NCBI GenBank assembly: GCA_964615415.1
Contig: CAZTNI010000004.1
Location: 1 to 50,972, forward strand
Source: an uncultured Candidatus Saccharibacteria bacterium
Lineage (GTDB): Bacteria > Patescibacteriota > Minisyncoccia > Phycocordibacterales > SBAW01
Length of the DNA stretch: 50,972 nucleotides
Direction of reading: 5' to 3'
The notes below the pieces were generated by a model. That model ran no database searches. It had not been told where the DNA came from and worked only from the letters and a program-made list of their open reading frames with translations. Below, piece after piece: positions 32,198 through 41,973 of the stretch. The number at the start of each line of letters is the position of its first letter. The first letter of the stretch is position 1. The translations under genes were made by a program, and so were the position numbers.

Positions 32198-35100
32198 ATG
32201 GGAACAAGTATCTTTGAAAAACTTGGACCACTAGAAGGTGGAGTTAAATCAGGAAGTTTATTCGGAGATACTTCTCTCGTAGCTCCCACTAAAACAATTC
32301 CTGATATACCTATGTATGATACACCCAGAAGCATGGGTGGATACTTAGGTAATCTGTTCGAGCTTGGATATGAAACTATGGGTAAGAGGCTTCCTAAGAT
32401 GCTTCTTACACCACAGTATGCTTATAGCAATGAAGAGAAGAATGTCTTGAAGGAAGGCTTCTTTGCTATGGGAGCTAAAGTAGAGAATGCTTTGAAGGCT
32501 CCGATTAACTATCTGTTTACTCCAAGTGAAGAAGCCGAGTCTAAGGGTGAACAGATAGCTGGAGACTTGAAAGGATTAGGAACTGGTGTAAAAGAAAGTA
32601 CAGTTGGATTGTTCTCTAATCTTTGGAGTAATCCAGTTGAGACTCTCTCTGGTTTAGCACAAGGTATTGTTGGAATGACTGTTGAGCCTGTACTCACAGC
32701 AATTACAACTAAAGCTATTGTTGGCGATGAGATACTAGATGCTACACCAGAAGAGATTGGTGATGCTATGCTTGCTACTGCTGCATTACCTGTCTCTGCT
32801 GGTGTATATACTAAGCTTGCTAACTCTGGTAAACTTGCTAGAGCTGGCTTGAGTGCTAATAAAGCTGGTATGATGTCTAAAGCTATTGGCAGAGAATACA
32901 TGGCACAAGTTGCTTCTGGTGTTGTGCAAGAAGGACTGTCTAGTCCAGAAGATATCTCTGCTGAAATGATTGGTAGAAATATTGCTAATCCGCTGTTACT
33001 TCTTACTAGCGTGGGCGGGGGAGCTGGTAAGTATGTGAAAGCTTCAGTTGATAATGTGAATGATTGGATTAGTAATTCTGCTATTATCAACAAAGACATC
33101 ACAGTTAATATGCAGTCTGCAATGCAAGCTACACTTAATCCTTTGTCCTCTATGAGTGATGCATTGTTGTTTACAGATGCTCTCACTGTGAGTGACAATT
33201 GGATTGAGGCGGGAGCTAGGATTGCTATGAAAGATAAGAGTAAGATATTTACTCTAACTGGATTGACTGCTGAGAAGGCTGATGAAATTGCTAAGACATT
33301 TGCTATTGATAAAACATTCAAGAAGCCAGAGATGCAAGTTGGTGAAGGTTATGTTATCAATAAAGCAGATGGTATGACACTCTACTTTAAGGATAGCTTT
33401 GACCAATATGTTGCTACATCTGGTAAGAGTATAGATCAACTTGCGAAAGAATTTAAGCTTCCGCGCCAGCAAATGGCGACCATTCACCAGAACATAGCTG
33501 ACGTAATCGTTGAGAAGTTGAAGAAGCCGAAGGTTCAGGCTAACTTCAAGTTTGCAGAGATTCCTTCTGTGAAGCTTCCTGACATGGAAGGAGCTAAGCT
33601 CAACACTTATAAGTCAGACTTCAATGATGTACTTATTACAGCTAGAGAGTTAGACAAAGCACAGATTGAACAGTTCCAGAAGAGTGGATTCTTTGTTGGT
33701 GAAACTGTTAGCGTGAATGGGAAGCAGGTTAAGATTGAGGGGATTAGTGATAGTAAGGCTAGGGTTGTAGAGAAGTTAGAAGGAACAACTACAGCGAAAG
33801 CTCAAGAAACAATTGTATTAGGCCCGAAGAAACCTAAGAAGATTCTATATCAAGAGAAGGATAAGATTCAAATAGAAACAGATGGTGTAGAAAGAACTTC
33901 TAAGAGAATCAAAGGTGGAAAGGTATTCTGGAGTGATGGATTCGAATATGCCAGCACTCCTAATAAAGAACTCATAGGTTCTACATTAGCTGAAGATTTA
34001 TTTGATCCTGGTACATTAGATGAGGCTGGGCGTCCTGTATTACTAGTTAAAGCAAAAACTAAAATTACTGAAAAGGTTTTGAAGACTATTACGGAAGCTG
34101 GTTTAGAAGATATCAGTATCTATACTAAGTCTCAAACAATTGATCCTGGAGGAATCAAACTCAAAATCCGCGGAGATAAAGGTAAGTTCAAATTCATCCC
34201 GCGCGAGGAAGCATCCAAGATTTCTAATGGTGATATCACTGTTTGGGATAAGACAACATACAATCAGGGAATCATCAATGAGTTCTTAGCTTATGCTGAC
34301 TTGAACAAGAACAAGTCTCCCTTTGTGGATTTGATTGGTAGATTTGTTGACAGAAAAGCTAGAAGTCTTGGTGCTGATAATGCAACAGGTTGGGCTACTC
34401 CAGCAGCTAGAGAAACATTCACTCAAGCTGTGTATGCTTATCTGAATGATACATCTAATCCTAACTTCAAAGTTAACGAGCCTTTGCTTCAGAAGTGGAA
34501 CGCTAACATTGAGAAGGAAGCAAAGAATCTCAGACAGATAGCTTATGACAAGCTAGAGATGAATGGGATGAGATTAGAGGAAGATGCTACTAAGTTCCGC
34601 ATGATTGACATGGAAGGTAATGTCATAGCTAACTTCTCTAATTTAGATGAGATTGTAGAATTCTCTGCTGCATCATTCCAGAATCTTAATCTGCCTGACT
34701 TAACAGCAGTTTCAATGGCTCCCAATGTTAGTTTGGAAAGTATTCTTCCTACTAATAGAAATAAGGGTAGCTTAAGTCTATATAAGGATAGAATCCTTTC
34801 AATCTGGAAGCAATCTGCTATTGCTAATAAGCTTCGCCGTGCCGATAGAAGAGTGATGGACTTAGCACAAGGCGGCGGGCAGAGTGATATTGGTGCTGAG
34901 ATTGCTACTAAGATGGATGACTTTGCTCTTGGTATTGATGCAATGGAGCAGGGTCCAATGAAAGAGATTCTTAACAGAGAAGAGATGGTGATTAAGAAGG
35001 GACTTAAGCTTAGTCCTGAAACTAGAAATCAAGTCACAAGAGTATTGGAACAGAAGAGTCATAATGAGCTTAGAGCCGTTCTTAGCAATGAAGAGGTAGC

Positions 35101-36826
35101 TCTTGCTGATGCTCTTATGGCTTTCTTTACACGCGCGGGAGGTATGGAGAAAGTTCTTCAAGCCTCAGTTAAAGTTAGAAATGGTTTGAAACTTTCTAAA
35201 CTTAAAGATCCCGCGCTTATTGATGCTGTGAAGATGCTTGATAAGTCTGTTAAGGAGGGATTATTAACGGATGATAGAGTCCTCCGGTATGTTCATGCGC
35301 TAGATATTGGAGAAGATTTCACAGCAGCAGAGTTGATGGATAGATATAACTTCACTCCGGAAGCTAGAGAGTATGTCTCGGAGCTGAAGGAAATCTATGC
35401 GGATGCTAGAAATGCCTTTGGTATTGAAGAAGAGATTTCTGGTTATTCTCCGCACGTTGTAAGGTTCGATAGATTCTTCAATCAATATCAGAACGTACAG
35501 TTAAAGGATACACCATTCATCCACGAGATGAGACGTGTTGGTAGCTTGCCGGGAGATTTAAAGGTTACTGATTCTAATGAATTGATTCATAGATATCTTA
35601 AGACAGGTATCCATCATACAGCACCAACAGCACAAGGTAAGACTGCTGCTGCGTTGTATAATGAAATCAATGAGTTAGTTCAGACACTTGCTGAGTCTGG
35701 TGTTCCCGTCGAGGATATCCAATCGTGGATGAAGAAGTTCAAGGGTATTCCTGATCCTGACGTTGCTTCAGAGTTGGCATTTAAGAAGCACTTTGAAGAT
35801 GTATTCCAGAAGAATATCATGATGCCAAGTGTTGATGGTGTGATGGATTTTGTAGCTCTTACCAAGCTTGGTTTTAGACCAATCCTTGCACTGAAAGATT
35901 ACGTAGGTACTTATGGTATTGGATTACTCTTTGGTACAGATATTGCTAATGGATTATTGGATATCTCTCCCGCACGTAGAAATAGAATCAGCGTGCTTCA
36001 AAGAATGGGAGAACTTCCGCAAACAGAGTCAGATGCTTTACTTAGCCGCACAGGTAGAAGTGTATTGAGTAAGGTAACTGATGCTGGTATTAAACTCTCT
36101 GGACAAAACTTCACATATAAGATGTTCGTTGGTAATGCCTACATCACTGCGTTTGATAAAAGTCTCAAAGTGATGAATCAGTCTAAAGGTAATATCAATG
36201 CTCTTATTGAAGGACTTGGTGACTTACTTGATAGTCATCCAGAACCTATCCAGAGATACTATCTTGGTCTAGCACAAACTGATCCAATTGCTGCAAGTAG
36301 ATTCTTAGGTAAGAGCACAGCTTACGCTATTGCTAATAGATTCGGAAGATTACACAATCCGTTAGATTGGCAAGGTACATTTGGTAGAGCGTGGGGACAG
36401 ATTGGTAGCTGGAATCTTAATGCTCTTACTACTGTGATGGAGAGTGTTAATCATAGTAGGTCTAAGACTGCGGCCGCGGGAAAGCTTGCTAGAATGGGAT
36501 TGTATAGCGCAGGTGTAGCTACTGCGGCAGGTTTAGCTGGATTGGAAGTTAGTAATTGGTTAGTTAATCCTCTTACTATGATTCCTGGTTCTGGTCCAAT
36601 TGTGAATTACTATGAGGATGTCAGAGATGCTAACAGAATGATATTCTCTGGTGATGAAGATTTGGCTAGAAGAGGAAAGAATCTTCTTGAGTATAGCACG
36701 AAAGGATTTATAACTCCTACAATGTTGAGAGATATCAATGAAGGAATTAAGATTATGAAGGAAGAAGAAGATGGACTGAAGGCTGGTATGAGAGCATTAG
36801 GTTTTAGATTTCAGGATGAGGAATAA
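32198..36826 (+). CDS. Very large virion-associated protein (1542 aa; internal core/ejection-type by position)
   Basis: ORF track entry. It is the last gene of the plus arm and is followed by the bidirectional terminator. I recognised no catalytic motif. Confidence 0.8.
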   Translation: MGTSIFEKLGPLEGGVKSGSLFGDTSLVAPTKTIPDIPMYDTPRSMGGYLGNLFELGYETMGKRLPKMLLTPQYAYSNEEKNVLKEGFFAMGAKVENALKAPINYLFTPSEEAESKGEQIAGDLKGLGTGVKESTVGLFSNLWSNPVETLSGLAQGIVGMTVEPVLTAITTKAIVGDEILDATPEEIGDAMLATAALPVSAGVYTKLANSGKLARAGLSANKAGMMSKAIGREYMAQVASGVVQEGLSSPEDISAEMIGRNIANPLLLLTSVGGGAGKYVKASVDNVNDWISNSAIINKDITVNMQSAMQATLNPLSSMSDALLFTDALTVSDNWIEAGARIAMKDKSKIFTLTGLTAEKADEIAKTFAIDKTFKKPEMQVGEGYVINKADGMTLYFKDSFDQYVATSGKSIDQLAKEFKLPRQQMATIHQNIADVIVEKLKKPKVQANFKFAEIPSVKLPDMEGAKLNTYKSDFNDVLITARELDKAQIEQFQKSGFFVGETVSVNGKQVKIEGISDSKARVVEKLEGTTTAKAQETIVLGPKKPKKILYQEKDKIQIETDGVERTSKRIKGGKVFWSDGFEYASTPNKELIGSTLAEDLFDPGTLDEAGRPVLLVKAKTKITEKVLKTITEAGLEDISIYTKSQTIDPGGIKLKIRGDKGKFKFIPREEASKISNGDITVWDKTTYNQGIINEFLAYADLNKNKSPFVDLIGRFVDRKARSLGADNATGWATPAARETFTQAVYAYLNDTSNPNFKVNEPLLQKWNANIEKEAKNLRQIAYDKLEMNGMRLEEDATKFRMIDMEGNVIANFSNLDEIVEFSAASFQNLNLPDLTAVSMAPNVSLESILPTNRNKGSLSLYKDRILSIWKQSAIANKLRRADRRVMDLAQGGGQSDIGAEIATKMDDFALGIDAMEQGPMKEILNREEMVIKKGLKLSPETRNQVTRVLEQKSHNELRAVLSNEEVALADALMAFFTRAGGMEKVLQASVKVRNGLKLSKLKDPALIDAVKMLDKSVKEGLLTDDRVLRYVHALDIGEDFTAAELMDRYNFTPEAREYVSELKEIYADARNAFGIEEEISGYSPHVVRFDRFFNQYQNVQLKDTPFIHEMRRVGSLPGDLKVTDSNELIHRYLKTGIHHTAPTAQGKTAAALYNEINELVQTLAESGVPVEDIQSWMKKFKGIPDPDVASELAFKKHFEDVFQKNIMMPSVDGVMDFVALTKLGFRPILALKDYVGTYGIGLLFGTDIANGLLDISPARRNRISVLQRMGELPQTESDALLSRTGRSVLSKVTDAGIKLSGQNFTYKMFVGNAYITAFDKSLKVMNQSKGNINALIEGLGDLLDSHPEPIQRYYLGLAQTDPIAASRFLGKSTAYAIANRFGRLHNPLDWQGTFGRAWGQIGSWNLNALTTVMESVNHSRSKTAAAGKLARMGLYSAGVATAAGLAGLEVSNWLVNPLTMIPGSGPIVNYYEDVRDANRMIFSGDEDLARRGKNLLEYSTKGFITPTMLRDINEGIKIMKEEEDGLKAGMRALGFRFQDEE

Positions 36827-36875
36827 AAAAACTCCCTTAGTTCTCGATGTGAGAGCTAGGGGAGTTTTTATTTTA
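36824..36875. terminator. Bidirectional rho-independent terminator at the convergence point of the two arms
   Basis: A7-aactcccttag (36830-36840), a 15-nt loop, then ctaggggagtt (36856-36866)-TTTTTATTTT. Confidence 0.8.
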
Positions 36876-37037
36876 ATCTCCTAATTTTTCAATTAGAACT
36901 TTTTCTGGTAACGGAATAATAGAATTAAGCAAACCCGTAAATGTTGGAAAGTCACTAATTAGCAATTCAAGTCTTTGTTTATTTACTATAATTTCTGCTT
37001 TCCAAGAGTAAGTGATTTCTTCATGCTGAAGGCTCAT
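36873..37037 (-). CDS. Small protein (54 aa), last gene of the minus arm
   Basis: Hand translation: MSLQHEEITYSWKAEIIVNKQRLELLISDFPTFTGLLNSIIPLPEKVLIEKLGD. There is an ATGA overlap with the upstream gene. Confidence 0.5.
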   Translation of the reverse strand: MSLQHEEITYSWKAEIIVNKQRLELLISDFPTFTGLLNSIIPLPEKVLIEKLGD

Positions 37038-37273
37038 ACCTTCCAATCCTCCGGTATATCTGGGATAAGTTTCTCTCCCGCACTGGGATTACCATACTCT
37101 ACTAAATCAACCATATCCACCACACGTTGGATTCCAGTGTCGTAGAATCTCACAATGTAAGATGGATTAGAACTGGTAGAACCTGCTATAAGAAAGCGAG
37201 CTAACCCATGACCAAGTTTTCTAACGTACACATCGAATGGATTAACTATCTCGTGGAGGGTTTGGATTATCAT
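37034..37273 (-). CDS. Hypothetical protein (79 aa)
   Basis: ORF track entry. Confidence 0.7.
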   Translation of the reverse strand: MIIQTLHEIVNPFDVYVRKLGHGLARFLIAGSTSSNPSYIVRFYDTGIQRVVDMVDLVEYGNPSAGEKLIPDIPEDWKV

Positions 37274-37464
37274 AATAACCCAGACATTACAGCAAAGCGT
37301 CTCCTCTCTTCAGCAATCACACGCCAGATAGGAACATAAGTTTTATTTCCATAATAATCTGTTACTTCCATTGTATTGTGTGATATATAACCTAACTTCT
37401 CACAAAGAGCTATAGCAGCTTGTTCTTCATCCCAAGATGGGTTCCACATAAAATTAACGATCAT
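37270..37464 (-). CDS. Hypothetical protein (64 aa)
   Basis: ORF track entry. Confidence 0.65.
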   Translation of the reverse strand: MIVNFMWNPSWDEEQAAIALCEKLGYISHNTMEVTDYYGNKTYVPIWRVIAEERRRFAVMSGLL

Positions 37465-37691
37465 TTGATAGAATCCTTATGAATAACTACACTAGTGTTG
37501 TTTACTATCTTCATGCAATAGGGCCAAGCTGATTCGGGGTATCCTTTAGAATAGCAAAAATTTTCGTGCTTAACAAAAAGAATTATGAAAATAGCTAAAA
37601 AGAATAATGCTAGTGCAAAAAAGAGATCATACTTATTTATATAGATTGTTTTTCTTAAAGCCATATCAATCCTTCCTCCAATGGTAGACAA
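37461..37691 (-). CDS. Small membrane protein (76 aa)
   Basis: ORF track entry with TM segment LFFALALFFLAIFIILFV. Confidence 0.65.
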   Translation of the reverse strand: MSTIGGRIDMALRKTIYINKYDLFFALALFFLAIFIILFVKHENFCYSKGYPESAWPYCMKIVNNTSVVIHKDSIK

Positions 37692-38838
37692 TGTCTTGTT
37701 GTGCTGTATCTAGTTCGTTAGTTACAAGCTTCATACTTACTAGAGCTTCAAGGAAGCTATTGATTCTATGCGGCTCTGCTGCTGATTGGAAATGACGAAG
37801 AATAGTAGCACGAGCAACAGTACCATTCTCCTTGATATAATCTGCCATATCTGTCATTTCTAAACTATACTCATTCTTACCAACTCCAGCGAATACTAAC
37901 GGAAGTTTCTTCTCTGTGAGAGTGAGAATGTTAATAGCCATCTCAGCAGTAGGCCAATCAATAACTAACTCATCACCTTTAGCTACTGTTAGAATCATTG
38001 CAAGTTTCAGAACATGAACGTGCTTTCTAGCCATATAACCTGCCATCTTCTTAGGAATAGCAGTAGTGCTCATGTTCTGATACCAGTGTTCTAACTTCTC
38101 CCGCGCTTCTGGTGTGAAGGTGAAGGTGCCGGAGAGATTAGAGGAGATATGAACTAAATCATGAACTAGCTTCTTCTCTATCTCATTGAACGCAGCTTCA
38201 CCACCATTCTCCATTTGCTTATTAAAGAACAATCCACGCTTAGAGAGTTCTTTCTCATAGACGAATATCACACGAGAAGCAAAGCCACCAGAGATTGACT
38301 CTTCTGGCATGTTAGCACTAATCCAACCGGGAGTAGTACAAGCAGAGAAGTTTAAGCAGGGTCTTTCTGTACCTTCAAATCCGCGAGCCATTGTTCCAAC
38401 TGAAAGCTCACGATTAGCATCGAACAGAGATGTAAGTAAGTCATACATCTCCTTACCACCTTTTAGGATTAGGTCGGAGAATTCTTTGACTAGGACTGAG
38501 GCAGAGGAATCGGGAGATTGAATGATAGTATTAACAAGAGATTCTTTAGTAATCAGAGTCGGAGGACGTTTGATATTGGGGTCTTGCACTTGGAGGTCAA
38601 TACCATAATCCATCGCTGTTGACTTTCTCATTCCTGGAGGGCCGACGAACATTATGTATAAATGTGGGAAACATTCCCACCCTCCTAACTCTGCGCGCGG
38701 GATAAAGACACGCCTACGCAAAGCAGAAGCAAGTGTACCAACTCCGGCCCAGAATACAAAAGATTCTGGAGCTTCCGAACGAGGTACAACCCATTCTCTG
38801 AATGATTGAAGCCAGTTCTCTGTTTTGCGTTGGGTCAT
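37666..38838 (-). CDS. P-loop NTPase, putative replicative helicase (SF3/VirE-like)
   Basis: Walker A VGPPGMRKST. 390 aa. It is adjacent to the DNA polymerase. Confidence 0.55.
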   Translation of the reverse strand: MTQRKTENWLQSFREWVVPRSEAPESFVFWAGVGTLASALRRRVFIPRAELGGWECFPHLYIMFVGPPGMRKSTAMDYGIDLQVQDPNIKRPPTLITKESLVNTIIQSPDSSASVLVKEFSDLILKGGKEMYDLLTSLFDANRELSVGTMARGFEGTERPCLNFSACTTPGWISANMPEESISGGFASRVIFVYEKELSKRGLFFNKQMENGGEAAFNEIEKKLVHDLVHISSNLSGTFTFTPEAREKLEHWYQNMSTTAIPKKMAGYMARKHVHVLKLAMILTVAKGDELVIDWPTAEMAINILTLTEKKLPLVFAGVGKNEYSLEMTDMADYIKENGTVARATILRHFQSAAEPHRINSFLEALVSMKLVTNELDTAQQDIVYHWRKD

Positions 38839-38841
38839 TAG

Positions 38842-39675
38842 TTAAGCAGCAAACTTTAAACTATCCATCTTATTCTTGTCCCACACTTCACCAACATCGC
38901 AATCGACGGGGATTTTGAATGTCTCACCATTAATCATCAATGGACGGTGTAAGAGATGATAGACTTTCTCTGACACTTCTGAGACTAGTGTAAGTGGGAC
39001 TTCTAAGATGACAGAATCGTGAGAGGAGTTAACAATCTTGATTTCTTCGTTGGAAGGAACAACTAATTGTTCATCAATACCAACAACACCACCAGGAATT
39101 CCTAACTCTGGTTGTATTGCTCCCATGCAATGATCTGCAACTGTTGATTGAGGAATGTAAGCATAAGCTTCTTTGAATAACTCTGGACCCCAGCGACCGA
39201 AGAAAGTTCTTTCGTGTCCATAAACTGTTCTAAGCTTTCTCTCTGGAGCTAAGGCTCTTTGTATATCCATCCACCAGCGAGGAATCTCAGGATAGAGATC
39301 TAACCATTTCTGATGTAACTTCTTAGCATCAGAAATAGAGATAGACATATACGGAGGATAGATTGACTCACTATTAATCATGTGTGCAACCATCATTGCA
39401 GAGGTACCGTAAGAGCAAGAATGATTGAACTTCTTACCCATGTAACGTTCATCGGATGTAGGAATAACATCATCCGTATAGTTGAACATACCTCGGGTAG
39501 ATGTATAGTGAATGTCAAACTTTGTTCCAGCGCGCCTAAGAGCTTGCTTCATAGTCTCAGAGTTAGCTAGGTGAGCTACAATCCAAGACTCAGCCTGAGA
39601 GAAGTCATAAGCTAGAAGAGTACAATTAGGCGCGGCGCGGAGGATGGAGCGAATTGGGAATTTTTCTTTCTTCAT
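38842..39675 (-). CDS. Family-A DNA polymerase, C-terminal fragment (palm/fingers motifs A, B and C)
   Basis: LLAYDFSQAESWIVAHL is motif A (DYSQIELR-like). RYMGKKFNHSCSYG is motif B. VNSSHDSVILEV is motif C. Confidence 0.8.
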   Translation of the reverse strand: MKKEKFPIRSILRAAPNCTLLAYDFSQAESWIVAHLANSETMKQALRRAGTKFDIHYTSTRGMFNYTDDVIPTSDERYMGKKFNHSCSYGTSAMMVAHMINSESIYPPYMSISISDAKKLHQKWLDLYPEIPRWWMDIQRALAPERKLRTVYGHERTFFGRWGPELFKEAYAYIPQSTVADHCMGAIQPELGIPGGVVGIDEQLVVPSNEEIKIVNSSHDSVILEVPLTLVSEVSEKVYHLLHRPLMINGETFKIPVDCDVGEVWDKNKMDSLKFAA

Positions 39676-39974
39676 TAGACTCCCTTAATAAATTGTAAGA
39701 GTCTAGTCATTCTAGAAGGAGTCTTCTTCTCGAAAGGATCTACTTCAGAAACAAAGATTAGAACTCCTAGTTCACCGTCGAACTTCTTATAGTATAATAA
39801 TGTATCTGAATCCAGACCAAGATGACGCTTTACTATTCTTTCTAAAACATCAGCAGCGTAAGAATTCCAAGGTCTAGGACTGAGTTGATTTTCTTTTCTG
39901 TCTAACTTGAAGATTATATTTTCCATCTCACGTTCTGGAAAAGAAATCTCGTAGGGATAGAGTGGATGTCTCAT
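39675..39974 (-). CDS. Hypothetical protein (99 aa) inside the polymerase split
   Basis: ORF track entry. There is a TAATG junction with the polymerase C-fragment and an ATGA junction with the upstream ORF. Confidence 0.6.
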   Translation of the reverse strand: MRHPLYPYEISFPEREMENIIFKLDRKENQLSPRPWNSYAADVLERIVKRHLGLDSDTLLYYKKFDGELGVLIFVSEVDPFEKKTPSRMTRLLQFIKGV

Positions 39975-40228
39975 CTTACACTAACATCCCTTTCAAACTT
40001 ATAGGCTCTATCACACACTACACAGATAAACAAATTCTCGTGTGCTTTGAGAAGAGGATTTACTTTAGCGAAAAGCTTTGAGTTGCAACGATCTATATAT
40101 TCATATATGGTATCTTTACCTTTTGCGTACTCACCCTTACATCTAAACTCTTCCTTATCAACAAGCAATCTAACTACTGGCTGCCACTCCAGAGACTTCT
40201 TCGGATTGATTATCGTCGGGGACTTCAA
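39971..40228 (-). CDS. Hypothetical Cys-containing protein (85 aa) inside the polymerase split
   Basis: ORF track entry. Cysteines occur at FRCKG, RCNS and ICVVCD. The start lies 59 nt inside the end of the polymerase N-fragment ORF. Confidence 0.55.
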   Translation of the reverse strand: MKSPTIINPKKSLEWQPVVRLLVDKEEFRCKGEYAKGKDTIYEYIDRCNSKLFAKVNPLLKAHENLFICVVCDRAYKFERDVSVR

Positions 40229-41837
40229 TTTCTAGTTCCTCCCTCGGCATTGTTTGAGCGTTAAATCCAGTATCATCATAGTATTTAGCACACGACCAGC
40301 GAGATGTTTCTGTTCCACAGACTTTCCAGACAGAGCGAACTCTTCCATCTGGAGAGATACCAATGTTGAAGTAAGAAGAAACTAACTTCTCATTACCTCT
40401 AAGATTAAGAATCAGACGAACTAAGCCAAGCTTCTTACGCCAAGCATTCTTAGCTTCTTCTGTTTTCTTCTCTGCTATCTGTCCCTTAATATAACCAATC
40501 AAACTAACAAGAGCATCTTGGTCTGCTGTAACTCCGCCCTTGCGATTCTTACGCTCAGGTAAGCCAAGCTCGACATAGAGATAGTCTTGAACTTTCTTAT
40601 GAGATTGGATATTAATTACTTTACCAGCCATGTGCATGAACGTAAGATAGTCTAACTCCCAAGACTTCTTGAGATAATCCTGGAGGAACTTCTTACGCTC
40701 TGCATCCACATAGAATCCGAACTTAGTCATGCGATACGAGACTCGCAGAGACTTCATTTTATACTGAAAGTATGGATTTTCATGCATACCTTTTTCTAAG
40801 AAGTGCTCAAGAGCTTCGTAGGTTACTACACAGTCTAAACAGTTATAAATGTATAGAGATTCTCTGTTTGCAATCTTCTCTGAGTGAGACTTAGAATCCT
40901 CATCAAAGGTTATATCTGACCAGTAGCAAGGCCGCCAAGTGTAAATGGAACAGAGAAAGTCAAGCCCCTTTGGTAATTCTGGTTGCGTAATATACTGAGC
41001 AACCATTGTATCGAAAGTCGCGTCTGGAGATTCGATTCCGTGGAAGAGTCTTTTAACAGTGATATCAAATGACGAGTTATGGTAAACTGTTCTGGTGAGC
41101 TTGGGAAGTAAAGTTCTGAGGAGCTGTAATGTACTCTCCGTTTTGCAGACAAAACATATGGCACGTTCCCTTGAGAGTCCAAAGCCCACACAGAGTATTC
41201 CGAGATTGTCTCTTCTGGTTTCGATGTCAATGGTAATGTACTTGCCAGATTCACAATGGGCAATAATTTCTTGTGCGAGATTATGTTGCTCAATCGGATC
41301 TGCTGTAACTGTGAATCTGTCATTATAGACTCTCTGCTTTCCTTGTTTGTATAGGAATGCTTTTGCTATGTCAGCATCGAAGACTGGAAACAAAGAATTG
41401 TTAAATGCTACATCCCGCGGATTGTGAGTCGGGAGAGTAGGGATACCATTATATAACAAAGGGGAACCACGCCATGCATAGATACCATACTTTTGTGTAA
41501 TGTATCTGAGAGGCTGGTCCCCAAGTAGAATAATCAATTTTATCTTTGTCTTGTAAGCTTCAATGTAAGCTTTAATCTTCTGTAAGCCAGTAGCTAGAGC
41601 TTCACTTCCTTCTAAGTAACGGAAGTCATTATCATCCGGTCTTTGCTGAGATAGAGAAGCAACAACACAAGAATCAAGGGGGATAGGTAAACAAGTTGCG
41701 AGGGTGGCCCCGGCATCATTGTCTAAAAGCTTACCTTTTTCTTCCTCTTCTCTAGTAGGGAAGTCTGTGATAATTAAGACTTCGCTACCCGCTGTGCCTC
41801 TCCACGGGGTTATCTTTTGATTGACGTGGGAGTCCAT
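40170..41837 (-). CDS. Family-A DNA polymerase, N-terminal fragment: UDG-like domain, 3'-5' exonuclease, and the polymerase N-terminal half
   Basis: GSEVLIITDFPTREEEEKGKLLDNDAGATL is a family-4 UDG-like motif. ITIDIETR and YNCLDCVVTYE are exonuclease motifs. ...DGRVRSVWKVCGTETSRWSCAKYYDDTGFNAQTMP is the equivalent of TGRLS..PNLQNIP. The ORF then ends after a 22-aa acidic tail. Confidence 0.8.
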   Translation of the reverse strand: MDSHVNQKITPWRGTAGSEVLIITDFPTREEEEKGKLLDNDAGATLATCLPIPLDSCVVASLSQQRPDDNDFRYLEGSEALATGLQKIKAYIEAYKTKIKLIILLGDQPLRYITQKYGIYAWRGSPLLYNGIPTLPTHNPRDVAFNNSLFPVFDADIAKAFLYKQGKQRVYNDRFTVTADPIEQHNLAQEIIAHCESGKYITIDIETRRDNLGILCVGFGLSRERAICFVCKTESTLQLLRTLLPKLTRTVYHNSSFDITVKRLFHGIESPDATFDTMVAQYITQPELPKGLDFLCSIYTWRPCYWSDITFDEDSKSHSEKIANRESLYIYNCLDCVVTYEALEHFLEKGMHENPYFQYKMKSLRVSYRMTKFGFYVDAERKKFLQDYLKKSWELDYLTFMHMAGKVINIQSHKKVQDYLYVELGLPERKNRKGGVTADQDALVSLIGYIKGQIAEKKTEEAKNAWRKKLGLVRLILNLRGNEKLVSSYFNIGISPDGRVRSVWKVCGTETSRWSCAKYYDDTGFNAQTMPREELEIEVPDDNQSEEVSGVAASS

Positions 41838-41973
41838 TTATTAGCTTATGAGTTTGTAAGAGAGTTTTGTGAGCGATTAAGATTTGCAAACGTGAAACTA
41901 AATCGGAGATTTCTTTTTCTGTTTTATCTATGTCTTCATCAATAGAAGACTGAAATGCTAAGAATACATTCAT
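41785..41973 (-). CDS. Hypothetical protein (62 aa)
   Basis: ORF track entry with an ATGA junction to the GroES-like gene. It overlaps the polymerase start by 53 nt. Confidence 0.45.
   Translation of the reverse strand: MNVFLAFQSSIDEDIDKTEKEISDLVSRLQILIAHKTLLQTHKLINGLPRQSKDNPVERHSG

Noticed and set aside
18535-33321. Long antisense ORFs inside virion genes (18535..19011, 20956..21582, 25049..25600, 30862..31242, 32509..33321 and others)
   Set aside because: Each is fully contained in, and antisense to, a larger plus-strand gene belonging to a coupled operon. Their composition is typical of shadow frames.
39675-40228. Intein, or a classical homing-endonuclease intron, as the cause of the polymerase split
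   Set aside because: The insert is not in frame with either polymerase fragment and contains stops, so it is not an intein. I saw no GIY-YIG, HNH or LAGLIDADG motif. Splicing cannot be excluded from sequence alone, so the locus is kept as a finding rather than given this mechanism.
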